Source: an uncultured Actinomycetes bacterium
Lineage (GTDB): Bacteria > Actinomycetota > Thermoleophilia > UBA2241
Assembly: GCA_963833555.1 (NCBI GenBank)
Contig: CAWHYB010000002.1
Location: forward strand, 680,229 to 744,228
Length of the DNA: 64,000 nt
Direction of reading: 5' to 3'
This document shows, piece by piece, positions 50,601 through 61,805 of the stretch (positions within the stretch are counted from its first letter, which is position 1; the number at the start of each line of letters is the position of its first letter). The translations under genes were made by a program, and so were the position numbers. The notes beneath the pieces are model-generated. The model saw only the letters and a program-made list of their open reading frames with translations, was not told where the DNA came from and did no database searches.

Positions 50601-51009
50601 CGATCGCGACGTGGGTAGCCGGCTTGGAGACCGGAGTGACGCCGTAGAATGTCTGTCCGTTGTGGCAGGCCGCGCAATTCGAGGTGATGCCCGCATGGTT
50701 CATCGGCGCGCTGGCGAAGGTCACCGCGTTTCTGTGACAGGTGTCGCAGGCTGTCGTCTGGGCCGGAATGTGATTGGCGGGCTTGCCTGGCGCGAGCGTG
50801 CCGTTGTGGCAGGCGACGCACTGCCGGGGCGTTCCCTGCAGCCGGCCATTGACGTGGCAGGTCACGCATTCGACGGTTATATGAGTGCCCGTCAGCGGAA
50901 AGCCCGTCTTGGAGTGATCGAAATGCGCGGTTCCTTGAGCCAGTGCAGGAACTGCCATGGCAATCAGAATGATGGCGCAAATGCCGCCGATCCAGCCAAA
51001 TCTATTCAT
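47641..51009 (-). pseudogene. giant multihaem c-type cytochrome (about 1120 aa, about 35-40 CX2CH/CX4CH motifs) built from about seven 114-aa tandem repeats; 2 apparent frameshifts (about 49660, about 49860)
   Basis: Signal peptide MNRFGWIGGICAIILIAMAVPALAQG. Repeat unit contains CDACH, CTSCH, CSASGCH and CYTCH. Frames 49789-51009, 49391-49936 and 47641-49713 are collinear. Confidence 0.75.
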
Positions 51010-51707
51010 GTGTCCCCTCGCGCAATGCAGCTCAGGCTCAATCTTGAGCCGAACGCGCCTCGGGGGGATAACGGGCTACTCCGCGCGATAATCCGTAGGC
51101 CTGATGTTTCTTTAGGAAATTTTAGCGTTTTGCTACAATAGGTTGCGCGTCACGCCCGGAATGTTACCCATGGTTGTGGCGTAAGCTCCAAGCTGCCCGC
51201 GAGAAAAGCGGTTCCGCCTCCGCTAATTCAAAAGAAACCTATTGGCCTGCCTATTTCCACCCGCCCTTCAGGTGTGTGCGGCGAGGTAAGAGCAGAGGAC
51301 GGGCGGCTTGCAGCAGGCCGCCCGTCCGTTTCCGCCGTTAGCGGGGGCTGCGGCGTGCACGTAAAACGTGCGACGGGCATGTTCCATCCCGGAAGCGGCC
51401 ATTTTCTTGTGCGGATTGATTTCTGGAAGCTTTTCAGCGGCCCGCATGTGGAACTGGGCGGGAAAAGGAAGCGGCAGGCGGCACCTCGAGGTTGTCCGCC
51501 TGCCTGTGCCGCTGTGGGGTAGCAGCAAGGACCAAAACGGGCCTGAAATGAAAATAATCCAGAAAAAGCCAAAAAAAATCAGCATGGCTTAAGCTCGCAA
51601 ATTTTGTCAGGAATGTGCGCCGGACAAAAATTCTCCATTATTTGGCTGCTGCAGGGATTAATGCACGGTCTGCACCGTTATCGCCAACAGTCCAAGGGGG
51701 CTCATTA

Positions 51708-52237
51708 GTGACAAGCGATCCGCGGCAAGGAATAGTCGAGCTTTTGCCCCGGCTACGCCGCTTCTCCTATGCCTTAACGGGCGACCCCGAGAAAGGAGAC
51801 GATCTGGTGCAGGAAGGTTGCTTGCGCGCTTTTGCCCGCCTCGATCAGTGGCAGCCAGGTACGCGACTTGATAGCTGGATGTTCCGAATCATTCATAACA
51901 TCTGGATCGATCAGAAGCGGGCCTCGAAAGTGCGCGGCGCTGTAGTGGACCTCGACGACGCGCCGGAGCTGATGGGGATGGATGGCCGGGATGTCGTTGA
52001 GCGCCGCTTGACCCTGAACCGGGTGCTCGAAGCGATGGCGGAGCTGCCGCAAGAGCACCGGGAGTTGATCGCTCTAGTTAGTATCGAAGGTGTTTCCTAT
52101 CAGGAAGCGGCTACGATTTTGGAAATTCCAGATTGGTACCGTTACAAGCCGGCTTGTGCGCGCGCGGCGTGCTCTCCATGCCATTGCCGTTGAAGGTGTT
52201 CAGAAGGTGGAAGGCGAAAATAATGCTGTCCGATGAA
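51708..52237 (+). CDS. ECF sigma-70 family factor (+1 indel near 52128 in region 4)
   Basis: GTG 51708 after AAGGGGG. Region 2 (DDLVQEGCLRAFARL...WMFRIIHN) is intact. Region 4 is restored as EIPIGTVTSRLVRARRAL by removing one G. Confidence 0.65.
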
Positions 52238-53023
52238 GTACTGATGGCATATGCCGACGGTCAGCTCGATGCCGGTGAACGCGCGAGGCTGAGAAAGCTG
52301 ATCGCGCAGGATCCGGAGGCCAGCGCCCGCCTTGAGGTCTTTGAGGCAACGGGGCAAGACTTGGCTTCCGTGTTCGACGAGCACATGAATTCGCCGTTGC
52401 CCGAGAAACTCAGCCGCCTTGCGCTTTACGCTCAGCCCCTTCCGGTTAAAAGGTCTAGCCTCGGCCAGGTCGCGGACGCCCTCCGGAGCTTCGTCCGGCC
52501 AGCCCATCCCTTTGGATTGGCCGCTGCTTCGGCCGCCATGCTGATCGCCGGGATCGGCGCCGGCTGGCTCCTGCATGGCGGCGTTGGCGAAAGCGGCTCT
52601 CCCATGAGCGATCTTGTTCAGGTGGAAAGCGATGGCCGCACCGTTGCCCGCGGGCCTCTCAGCATGGCCCTGGACAACTCGCAGAGCGGGAGGGAGACAA
52701 TCCTCCCTTTCGCTGCGGGCAAGGTTCTGAGAGTGGCAGTCAAGCTGTCGTTCCGCAACCATGCCCAAGATTATTGCCGGCAGTACGAAGCTGGGTTGGC
52801 AGGCTCAGAAAATTTTGGCGGCATCGCCTGCAACTCGAACGGCCAGTGGAACATAAAGCTTCAGGCGCAACTCGCCCCGGCGCATCCGTCAGCCGGAAGG
52901 ACAGCGCCGGCCGGCACTGAGAGTTCGGCCCTGGAAGCGGCTGTCATGTCCTGGATCGACGGCGACGCCCTCGATCAGCGGGATGAGGACGCGATGATCC
53001 TCAAAGGCTGGAAAGAGCACTGA
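52223..53023 (+). CDS. putative anti-sigma factor (membrane-spanning)
   Basis: MLSDEVLMAYADGQLDAGERARL N-terminus typical of anti-sigma factors, one TM (AAASAAMLIAGIGAGWLL). Start overlaps the sigma-factor stop. Confidence 0.55.
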   Translation: MLSDEVLMAYADGQLDAGERARLRKLIAQDPEASARLEVFEATGQDLASVFDEHMNSPLPEKLSRLALYAQPLPVKRSSLGQVADALRSFVRPAHPFGLAAASAAMLIAGIGAGWLLHGGVGESGSPMSDLVQVESDGRTVARGPLSMALDNSQSGRETILPFAAGKVLRVAVKLSFRNHAQDYCRQYEAGLAGSENFGGIACNSNGQWNIKLQAQLAPAHPSAGRTAPAGTESSALEAAVMSWIDGDALDQRDEDAMILKGWKEH

Positions 53024-53300
53024 TACCAGTCGCCAATGACCGTTCCTGTACCGCGCCGTCATCGCGAGGCCGCTTGAGCGGCCGTGGCGATCCAGGAGCA
53101 ATCGGCACTACGCTTGCCGCTGTTGCCCTGGATTGCTTCGCTTCACTCGCAATGACGGAAAGTGCTCAAAACTCACAGCGGCTGGTATTAAGCGGCCATT
53201 GCGCCAGGTTAACCGGCCAGTCGAACGCGAAGAGGCACTAAGCCTTTGTTTTATCGTGCGTCTTCATCGGAAAACCGCTTCACACTTTTCCGGACGCACT

Positions 53301-55291
53301 TTAGCGGCTGCCGGCGTCCAGTTTCGCGACCTCGCTTGCATTCCCCTGGCAGGATGGCGGAGCCTGCAAAAGCCCCCTGCCGTAAATCGAATTGCGGCCT
53401 AGGGGGCCGAGATGGGTGATGTTTACACGTTCGAGGAGGCTCTCCTTGGAAGAGCGCAGCACGTCTGGCGGATAGACCGCCAGGACGCCTGTAACGAAAG
53501 GCGAGGCGAACGACGTGCCGGAGCGGTAACCCTCCCGCGCTTCCGGCCATGCCGTCCAGATATCCACTCCAGGCGCCGCGATATCGATATGCGCGCCGCG
53601 ATTGGCGTAGGGGTAGTTCCTCATGTCCTTGGTGACCGCCGTCACGGCAATTACTTGCGGATAAGCGGCCGGGTAGGCCGGCTCGGCCGCCGGTCCCTCG
53701 TTTCCCGCCGCAGCCGTAAAAACCAATCCCCTGGCGCTCAGAGCCTCGATTTTTCTCTGTACAAGATCGTCCCGCGGTCCTGAGAAGCTCATATTTACGA
53801 GCCTGACCCCGGAATCCGACATCCAGTCGAGGGCTTTCATGAAGGAGACGGTATCGGTGACCGGGTCGCCGCCCTCATCGGCGTAGAAAATGCTCGCCGC
53901 GTGGTAGGTAGCCTCCGGAGCGAGGCCGGGAGTGCCGCTATCGGGCCGGCCCGCCAGCAATGCCAGCACTCCAGTACCATGCCAAATGCTGGCGGCGCTC
54001 TTGCCCGCGGGCAGGAAAGCCCTCTGCGTAATTTTCTGGTTCTTGAACGCGGGGTGCTGCAGGTCGAAGCCAGTGTCGATGACGCCGATCTTCACGTTTC
54101 GCGCGCAGGCGGAATAACGATCGTTCCATTGGATCGCTTGTTGTGCGTAACAGCGGTCCCCGCCGCATTTCTTGCCGCCGAGAACGGCAATGCTCGCGGC
54201 GTGGCCCTCTCCATCTTGTTTCATGGCCGGCTGATAAAGCCGGTAAATGTTATTGTGCTGGAAATGCTCCCCGGGCAGGTTTTGCCTGCAAGAGCCTCAT
54301 CCCTTGCGCGGGGTCCATTCCGGGCGGAAGCGTCAGGACGGTGAAGGGGTCTGGCCCGAGCCCATGTCCACCCCCCGGCCCATGTCCGCCTCCAGGCCCA
54401 TGTCCACCCCCTGGACCTTGTCCGCCTCCAGGCCCTTGTCCTGCTCCGCCGACCTGAAATCCGAGTGCGCGGGCGCGGGCAGCCCCATCAGGGCTCAGAT
54501 TGGCGGCAAGCACCTCGGTACGGGAATAAGAGCGCGGATCGGGTGCGATGGGCATGCCGCTTCCGCCGGGCGTTCGGGAATTGCCGCTCTTTACGGGTGC
54601 CGGGGACTTGTCGCCCTTTACGGGCGTCCAGCCCTTTGCTGGATCGCGGCCCGCGCCCTCTCCCGCACCTTTTGCCTCAGGGGAGTGTTCCGCCTCCTTG
54701 GTACCCGTATGGGGACCGTAATTGTCCTTTAGCAAGTTTTCCCAGGTCTTGCTGTCCTTGCCAACGTCCAGCCGGAGTTCCTTGGGCAAGCCCTTTAGCT
54801 CAGGTTGCGGCAGCCCGACCGAGGGGGGCTTGCCATCGCTTTGCGGGTGGGCGCTGCCTACGCCGGAGTAGGTGTATCCGCTGCCGCTGCTTCCGTAGCC
54901 AGTGTATCCGCCGCCGCTTCCATAACCAGAGTATCCGGTGCCGGCTCCATAGCCCGTGTATCCGTCGCCGCCGCGCTGGCCGCCGCCGTCTCCGCCGCCC
55001 GAGCCCGAGTAACCGCCACCACCACTGCCGCCTCCAGAGCTTTCCCCTCCGCCGCTAGAGCTGGTCCCGCCGCTGGTTCGCCGCCTCCGGAGCTTTCCCC
55101 TCCGCCGCTAGAGCTGGTCCCGCCGCTGTGCTCGCTGCTGTGGTGGCCATCGGCAAAGGCGGGTGAAATGGGAGCGGCCTCCCAGGCATAGTCGATATAG
55201 CCGGCGCGCGCGGCAAGGAACGCAGCCAGGAGCAGCGCGAGCGCGCTCCCGGTTGAGAGCGAGAACTTCGGCGGTAATTCTGGCCTCAATG
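53301..55291 (-). pseudogene. secreted S8 (subtilisin-like) peptidase with long Gly/Ser/Tyr-rich and GPGGGH-repeat N-terminal region; frameshifts and a 50-bp tandem duplication
   Basis: Catalytic motifs VIDTGFD, HGTGVL and GTSFASPFVTG lie in 53301-54224. Upstream frames encode GQGPGGGQGPGGGHGPGGGH and GYSGYGSGGGYTGYG segments. Direct repeat at 55038-55076 and 55088-55126. Confidence 0.6.
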
Positions 55292-55733
55292 TATTCTCCG
55301 AAGCGTTCAGAAATGCCGTTATCAGGTGCACGCAACTTAATGGCAGACGGAGGCTCCGTTTTTGCCACATCCAACACAAAACGTTTGAGCGGCCCGATTT
55401 ATCCAGCAAGCGTCCGCGCCAAGTTACAGATGCTGCTTGGCAGGGCAGCCGCGCCGGTCTTCCTTTGCCGCCGCGCTAGGCGCGGAAGGCCACGGGAAGC
55501 GGACCTGTCCACGGGCATGTATCTTTGTGTGTCAGTATGTCGCAATTGCGGCGAGGGTGCAGCTTCGCGCCCGAACAATTCAAATTAAGCCGCCTCGCTT
55601 CTAATAGTTTTATTGGGTCTTATGGCGAGGCTGGCGGGCTCCTCTATGGGGGATCGCAATACTTTAAAGTAAGTTATTTGTTGCAAGTCTGCTTTTCTTG
55701 GAGCAGACTTGAACCAGTACCCGGGAGCGGCCG

Positions 55734-57082
55734 TTACCTGAACGACTTGGTGTTGTGGCACTTCTCGCAGGCCCTGCCGAAACTGCCGCCGTGTGCGTCG
55801 TCGTTCGCATGGCAGCCGTAGCAGGTGTCCGGCACGGAAATCTTGCCCTCGCTTTTCTCGCGATGGCAGCTCGCGCAAGACAAGCCGCTATGCGCGCCAG
55901 TAAGCGGGAAATTTGTCTGCTTGGCGTGGTCGAAGCGCCACCGGCTCCAGCCGTTCGGCGAATGGCACGACGCGCAAGCGTTGCCAAGCGTGCCTTGATG
56001 GTGCTCGTCCTTGTGGCAGCTTGAGCATGCGGAGGGCGCGTCCTTGAAGGACGGCGACTTGTGGCATTGCTCGCAGGGAACGACGGCGTGTTTTCCAAGC
56101 AGCGGAAAGCGCGTGAGATCGTGATCGTAGGCGACCTTCTTACGCCAGGCGTTCTCGTTGTGGCACTGCTGGCAGTTCTGGCCGAGCTGGCCCTTATGCG
56201 CGTCGTCCTTCTTGTGGCAGGAGATGCAAGTCATCCCGAGCTTGTCCTTGTACAGGTCGCCCGTGTGGCAGGCCTCGCACTTCAGGGGCAGCATGCGCGC
56301 CGCGCAGCGGAAATTTGGTCTTCGAGTGATTGAAGCGGACGGTCTTCCACTTGGTGCTCTCGTGGCAGGACTCGCACTTCGCGCCGTACTTGCCCTGATG
56401 GACGTCCTGAAGCTGATGGCAGGATGAGCACGCGAGCGGCACGCCCTTATATTTCTCGTTGGGGTGGCAGGCGGCGCAAGTCACCTTCTCGTGCCCGCCC
56501 GTCAGCGGGAATTTGGTCTTCGAGTGGTCGAAGGTGCGGACCTTGGACCAGCTTTCCTCGCTGTGGCAGCTCTGGCAGTTTTCGCCGAGGCGGCCCTTAT
56601 GCTTGTCGTGGCTCTTGTGGCAGCCGATACATTGGTTCGGCGCGTTCCTGAACTTTACATTCGGCTTGTGGCAGTTGTCGCACGCAGGCTCCTTGTGGCC
56701 GCCAACGAGCGGAAAATTCGTCAGTGCGTGATTGAAGGTTTCCTTGTCGAGCTGAACGATGTCGGCGGTCCGGCCCTTGTGATCCGTGTGGCAGACGGTG
56801 CAATTGGGCTTGACGGCATCGGGGCGCTTGCCATGAAGGCCGCGCCCAAGATCGCGGTCTTTGGCAATATCCTTGTGGCAGGCGAGGCAAAGCCGGGACT
56901 GCGAGGTTTTGGTGAACGAACTCGTGGCAATTCGAGCACTCCTTTTCGAGCTTCGCATGCCCTTGCACGAGTTCGCCGGGCATGACGAGTTTCTCGAAAA
57001 TGTTCTGAGCGCCCGCCGTCGAGGCCGCGGCCAGGACAAGGAAAGGCACGGCCAAAAGGCGTAGCAGGAAGCGGGCTCTCAC
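55734..57082 (-). pseudogene. multihaem c-type cytochrome with paired CXXCH motifs (about 12 haems), 2 frameshifts
   Basis: Signal peptide (V)RARFLLRLLAVPFLVLAAASTAGA. Repeated F.H..T.FPL.G.H....C..CH modules. Frames 56597-57625, 56194-57039 and 55734-56294. Confidence 0.7.
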
Positions 57083-57104
57083 AGCGCGGCACCTAATGGG
57101 AGCG

Positions 57105-58000
57105 GCGTAGAGGTGAACCGCGATCACATGCAGGATCGCTGTCAGCACGAGCAGGAAGAACAAGGGCATATGCAGCACATGCCACAGGGCGAACATGCGG
57201 TCGTACACGCCGAACCGCGCGGCCTTGTTAACGGCGGCGAAATAGATCGAAAGGTGTCCCCTGACGAGATTGAGCTTCTTGCGCCGCGTTCTCCATCCCC
57301 AGCCTCGCCGCTTGCCCTCCACCTCGATTGCCGCCTTCACTTCCTGGCATAGGCGCCGCCTGACATTCCGCCAGCGCCAGCCGAGGGCAAAAAACGCCCA
57401 AAGACTGGCAAGGAAGCTTGAGTGCCTGACCAGGACGCGGGCCTCGAATTTTTCAAGCTCGGATACGAGCCGGCCCGAATCCTCATAGTCGCCGCCAAGC
57501 GCGCGCTTCATGAAATCCGCGTCGCCCAGCATTTCCTTGATCTCGCCCTTGGTGCCGTACAGGCCCTTATGGATCTTGGCGAACAGATACCGCCCGATGA
57601 TCCCGCTCGCCACAATCGTCAGCATGAAGAACAGCGCGACGGAGGCATTGAGCGAATGGAGTTTCCGTGAAATATTTGGCCCGGAAGTTCGAGTGAAAGA
57701 CGATCAGCACGGGCCGACAATGCCGAGAAACATGTGCGAGCGGAACCAGGTGGGCACCTTGCCGAGGCTTCGAAGGAAGCGCGCGCGCTTGCGCAGCGGA
57801 TAAAGCAAAAGGACGAGCATCATCAGCGAGCCAACGATGCCCAGCCAGTAGCCGAGCCCGGTGTCGGCGCTGATATATTCTTCGTCGCGATTGATCCAGC
57901 CGAGATAGAGCGCGGCTATCGACAGCCGCGGTGAACAGGAGGGTGCCAGCCCCCGAGATCGTCTTGCTGAAATAATGCGAAAAGGCGGCGGCATTCACGG
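57105..58000 (-). pseudogene. polytopic membrane protein, possibly a b-type cytochrome partner of the downstream multihaem cytochrome; frameshifted
   Basis: TM helices carry conserved His residues (FRSHMFLGIVG, FALWHVLHMPLFFLLVLTAILHVIAVHL). Three collinear frames. Confidence 0.35.
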
Positions 58001-58434
58001 CAATCCGGCGCGGGCTGCCCTTCGCTCTTGGGCTTGCTCCACGGGCTGGGCGTGTTGCTCCCGCACGAAGGTCAAGGCCGGCTTGGTTTGACATCGTTCC
58101 CCCGGTTCAAGATTGGTGCCATTAGGAAACCACGATTGGCGTGACTCAAGAGGCAACTCTGCCGTGGCGGAGCCGGACGAAGCGGCACAAAGCGGGCGCT
58201 TTTGTGACAGCCATACTCAAGTGTTTGTTAGCCACAGCTATCCGGAAGCCCGTTCGAGAAAAAAGGGTTAACGCCGTGGATTAAAACCCTCGCGGCTTCG
58301 TTATAGTGTGGGGTTAGGGTGTAATAGCGTGCCTACCAGCATTTGCGCTTATACACCCGGTAGACAGCGGCGCAGGTTGAACGGGCAGGTGCTGGGGTTC
58401 CGTCCGCCAGGCTAAGAGGGCATTTTTCTTAATA

Positions 58435-59739
58435 ATGGAAATAGATTACTTGGCATTTGCCTACGCAGTTCCCTTCCTGGTTATCTGGCTCCTCTACACG
58501 GGCTGGCGGCGCCGCTCCGATGCGCGCACCCTGGAGGCGAAAAAGCACGCGATAGAGCTGGGCTTACATGAACCGGCTTCGCTTCATCCAGTTTTCGACC
58601 ATGGCAAGTGCATGGGCTGCGGCTCGTGCGTTTCGGCATGCCCCGAGGGCGACATCATCGGGCTTGTACGCGGCAAGGCTGAACTCATCGACGGGTCCGA
58701 GTGCATCGGCCATGGCGCTTGCCGCGCGGCCTGCCCATACGATGCCATCACGCTGGTCTTCGGCACGGAAGCCCGCGGGGTGGATATCCCCCACGTCAGC
58801 GAGACTTTCGAAACCAACGTTCCGGGCATCTTCATCGCGGGCGAGCTTGGCGGCATGGGCCTGGTCCGCAATGCCACGGAGCAAGGCCGGCAAGCGATGG
58901 AATCCATTCGCAAGCTCGGCGGTTCCGGCCAGAAAGACGTTCTCGATGTGCTTATTGTAGGCAGCGGGCCAGCGGGAATCGCTGCCAGCTTGGCGGCCAA
59001 GGCACATAAGATGCGTTACCTGACTGTTGAGCAGGACAGCCTTGGCGGAACGGTCGCGCATTTTCCGCGCCGCAAGATCGTGATGACGCAGCCAGCCGAG
59101 CTGCCGCTGGTCGGCAAGGTCAAGTTCACGGAGGTCCTGAAAGAGGATCTCCTCGCCTTCTGGGCGGGCGTCGTCAAGCAGCACCAGCTCAGAATCCGCT
59201 TTGGCGAGCGCGTGGACGGCATAAAGAAAAATGGGCAGGGCTTTGAGGTGCAAACCACGCGCGGCGCCTACGCAACCCGCGCGGTCCTGCTCGCAATCGG
59301 GCGGCGCGGGACGCCGCGCAAGCTGGAGGTGCCGGGCGAAGAGCAGCCCAAGGTCGTTTATCGCTTCATCGATCCCGAGCAATACGCCGGGCAGCATGTG
59401 CTCGTCGTGGGCGGCGGCGACAGCGCGCTGGAGGCCGCTGGCACCATCGCCGCGGAAACGGACGCAACGGTGACGCTTTCCTACCGCTCGGAAGCCTTCT
59501 CGCGCGCCAAGCCGAAAAACCGCGACCGCGTCGACAAAGCCGTGAAGGAGGGCAAGCTCAAGCTGATGCTCAAGTCGAAGGTGATCGAGATCGGCCAAAA
59601 TTCGGTGGAACTTGAATGGCAGGGTAAGCGGCAGCAGCTCCAGAACGATGCTATAATCGTCTGCGCGGGCGGTATTCTGCCTACCAACTTTCTGAAGTCC
59701 ATCGGCATCGAGGTCGAAACCAAGCATGGCACGGTTTAA
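58435..59739 (+). CDS. 4Fe-4S ferredoxin-domain plus FAD/NAD(P)-binding pyridine-nucleotide-disulfide-type oxidoreductase with N-terminal TM anchor
   Basis: CMGCGSCVSACP and CIGHGACRAACP cluster motifs, then LIVGSGPAGIAASL and VVGGGDSALEAA Rossmann motifs. Confidence 0.7.
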   Translation: MEIDYLAFAYAVPFLVIWLLYTGWRRRSDARTLEAKKHAIELGLHEPASLHPVFDHGKCMGCGSCVSACPEGDIIGLVRGKAELIDGSECIGHGACRAACPYDAITLVFGTEARGVDIPHVSETFETNVPGIFIAGELGGMGLVRNATEQGRQAMESIRKLGGSGQKDVLDVLIVGSGPAGIAASLAAKAHKMRYLTVEQDSLGGTVAHFPRRKIVMTQPAELPLVGKVKFTEVLKEDLLAFWAGVVKQHQLRIRFGERVDGIKKNGQGFEVQTTRGAYATRAVLLAIGRRGTPRKLEVPGEEQPKVVYRFIDPEQYAGQHVLVVGGGDSALEAAGTIAAETDATVTLSYRSEAFSRAKPKNRDRVDKAVKEGKLKLMLKSKVIEIGQNSVELEWQGKRQQLQNDAIIVCAGGILPTNFLKSIGIEVETKHGTV

Positions 59740-61219
59740 CAGAAACCGCCTTCTCCTCTTCGTTTCCTGCCTCGCAATTCCGGCCATGCCGGCCTTCGAG
59801 GCGCATGCGCAAAGCACGCGGGGCAATTCCGCCGTCGATTCCTCGGTGCGAACCGGGGCGTTCTCGCAAGCCGCCGCCCTCTTGGAGACGCAAGCCAAGG
59901 CCGGAAGCGCGGACGCGCAATACGAGCTTGGCGCGCTTTACCGGATCGGGCGCGGGGTGGAGCAGAACGACCAGGCAGCCTTCCACTGGATGAAGGAAGC
60001 CGCGGCTAACGGCCACGTCCGCGCGCAATATAGCCTCGCGACGATGTATCTCACGGGGCGCGGCACGGCCGTTGACGCCGGCGCGGCGGAGATGTGGGCC
60101 AAACGCGCGGGCGAGAAGGGCCATGCGGAAGCTTCGGCCTTGCTCGCCCGTATCGCCGCCAAGCAGGCAGCGCCCAAGGAGACAAAGGAAGCGCCCGGCT
60201 GGAAGGCGACCGTCACCGGACCGTCCGGCCCAGCGCCTGCCATTCCCGCAAACATTCCAAACGAGCCGCGCCTGATCCTGGACGCGGCCCGCCGCTCCAA
60301 TGTCGAGGCGGTACGCAAGCTGGCCTCCAACCGCGCCAGCCTCGAAGCCCGCGACGAGGATGGCAACACGGCCCTGGCCCTGGCCGCTGCCTTGGGAAAT
60401 GCCGCTGTCCTCGATGCCTTGCTCGGGGCGGGCGCGAATGTCGAAACCCGCAACAACACGCAGGAAACGCCGCTGATGATCGCCGCGGCTAATGGCCGCG
60501 AGCAGGCGGTCGAGCTGCTGGCGGCAAAACGCGCGGCGCTCAACGCCGCCCGCCCGGATCAGGCAACGCCGCTGACGCTTGCGCTGCATCGCTGCCATGA
60601 GAAAGCCGTCGCCATGCTGCTGGCAAAGGGCGCCAATCCGAACCTCGGCGGAGAGGCGGAAGGTGGCCCTCTTTCCATGGCGAGCCGCAAGTGCAACGGG
60701 CGCGTGGTTCAGGCGCTAATCGAGCGCGGTGCCGATATCAACAAGCCCGACGCCTCCGGCAGGACCCCATTGTGGTTCGCCGCGGACCGGGAGAATCTGG
60801 ATGCGATCGACGCGCTCTTGAAGCGGAGCGCCTCGCTGCCCCTGGCGGATAAGAACGGAATGACGCCGTTCTTGCGCGCGCTGGAACAGGGCCACGTCGA
60901 AGCCGGCATGCGCTTTTTTGCGCGCGGCGCCGACGTTAATCTGGCAACCGCCTCCGGCAACACGCCGCTGATGCTCGCCGCGCGGCTTGGCTCGCTTCCG
61001 CTGATCCAGGCATTGCTGCAAGCGGGGGCCAAGATCGACGCCCGCAACAATTTCGGCAACACGGCCCTGATGATCGCGGCTAGCGAAGGGCGCGCGGATG
61101 CGGCTCGCGCGCTGGTGGCTGGCGGCGCCGACAAGAGCCTTCGCAACAAAAAGCGCGAAAGGGCCGCGGACGCAGCCAGCGCCGCGGGGCACGCGGATAT
61201 CGCGGACGCGCTGCGCTGA
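59726..61219 (+). CDS. secreted Sel1-repeat / ankyrin-repeat protein
   Basis: Signal peptide; Sel1-like AQYELGALYRIGRGVEQN repeats; at least 7 ankyrin repeats (DGNTALALAAALGN...). Confidence 0.75.
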   Translation: MARFNRNRLLLFVSCLAIPAMPAFEAHAQSTRGNSAVDSSVRTGAFSQAAALLETQAKAGSADAQYELGALYRIGRGVEQNDQAAFHWMKEAAANGHVRAQYSLATMYLTGRGTAVDAGAAEMWAKRAGEKGHAEASALLARIAAKQAAPKETKEAPGWKATVTGPSGPAPAIPANIPNEPRLILDAARRSNVEAVRKLASNRASLEARDEDGNTALALAAALGNAAVLDALLGAGANVETRNNTQETPLMIAAANGREQAVELLAAKRAALNAARPDQATPLTLALHRCHEKAVAMLLAKGANPNLGGEAEGGPLSMASRKCNGRVVQALIERGADINKPDASGRTPLWFAADRENLDAIDALLKRSASLPLADKNGMTPFLRALEQGHVEAGMRFFARGADVNLATASGNTPLMLAARLGSLPLIQALLQAGAKIDARNNFGNTALMIAASEGRADAARALVAGGADKSLRNKKRERAADAASAAGHADIADALR

Positions 61220-61478
61220 CACGGGCAGCCAATCCCGTCATGCAAGCTGATGTTCCGGCGCCCCGAAGGGCACGCCCGCCGGCGGGCTGGTGCAATTGTG
61301 CATAACCGCCTTCACGATTTGTGAAACATTTTACAAAGTGTTTGACGGATTTGGAAAAAGCCACATACTAACGGTTGTCGCGGCCCAAAGCTCAAGTAAG
61401 GGTAGGGATCGCCCTTTGAAGCGCGGGGATTAGAGCTTTTGTGCCGCGGCGCTTAAGTACATTAGGAGATATATAGTT

Positions 61479-61736
61479 ATGAGTGAGTCATTTTCCGCCA
61501 GGCGCAGCCCGTTTTCCCTTCACGAGCTTTCTTTAGACTGCTCGGAGCAGGCAGAAGAGTCAGTCCCCCCTGTGGCGGCGGTGTCCTCCGATCCAACCAT
61601 CGAGCAAATAAGAGCTGTGCAAGGCACGCTGAACTTCCTGACCGCCCTGATGACATTTTACGGCGAGATGCTTGACCGGGATGCTCTTTCCGATACCGGA
61701 CAGGCCCGCGGCAAAGGCGCCGGTCTTCAATCGTAA
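61479..61736 (+). CDS. hypothetical protein
   Basis: 85-aa ORF after an AT-rich promoter-like region. Confidence 0.3.
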   Translation: MSESFSARRSPFSLHELSLDCSEQAEESVPPVAAVSSDPTIEQIRAVQGTLNFLTALMTFYGEMLDRDALSDTGQARGKGAGLQS

Positions 61737-61805
61737 TACTTGCCGCTGGCCCCGGGAAATCGGCCCGGAGGCGTCCGCCCCAGGGTCGATTATTATAAGA
61801 GACTT

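Noticed and set aside
47600-51000. Regular about 340-bp direct repeats that might suggest a CRISPR-like array or satellite
   Set aside because: The repeats are in-frame coding modules of a multihaem cytochrome with CXXCH in every unit. There are no short spacers and no cas genes.
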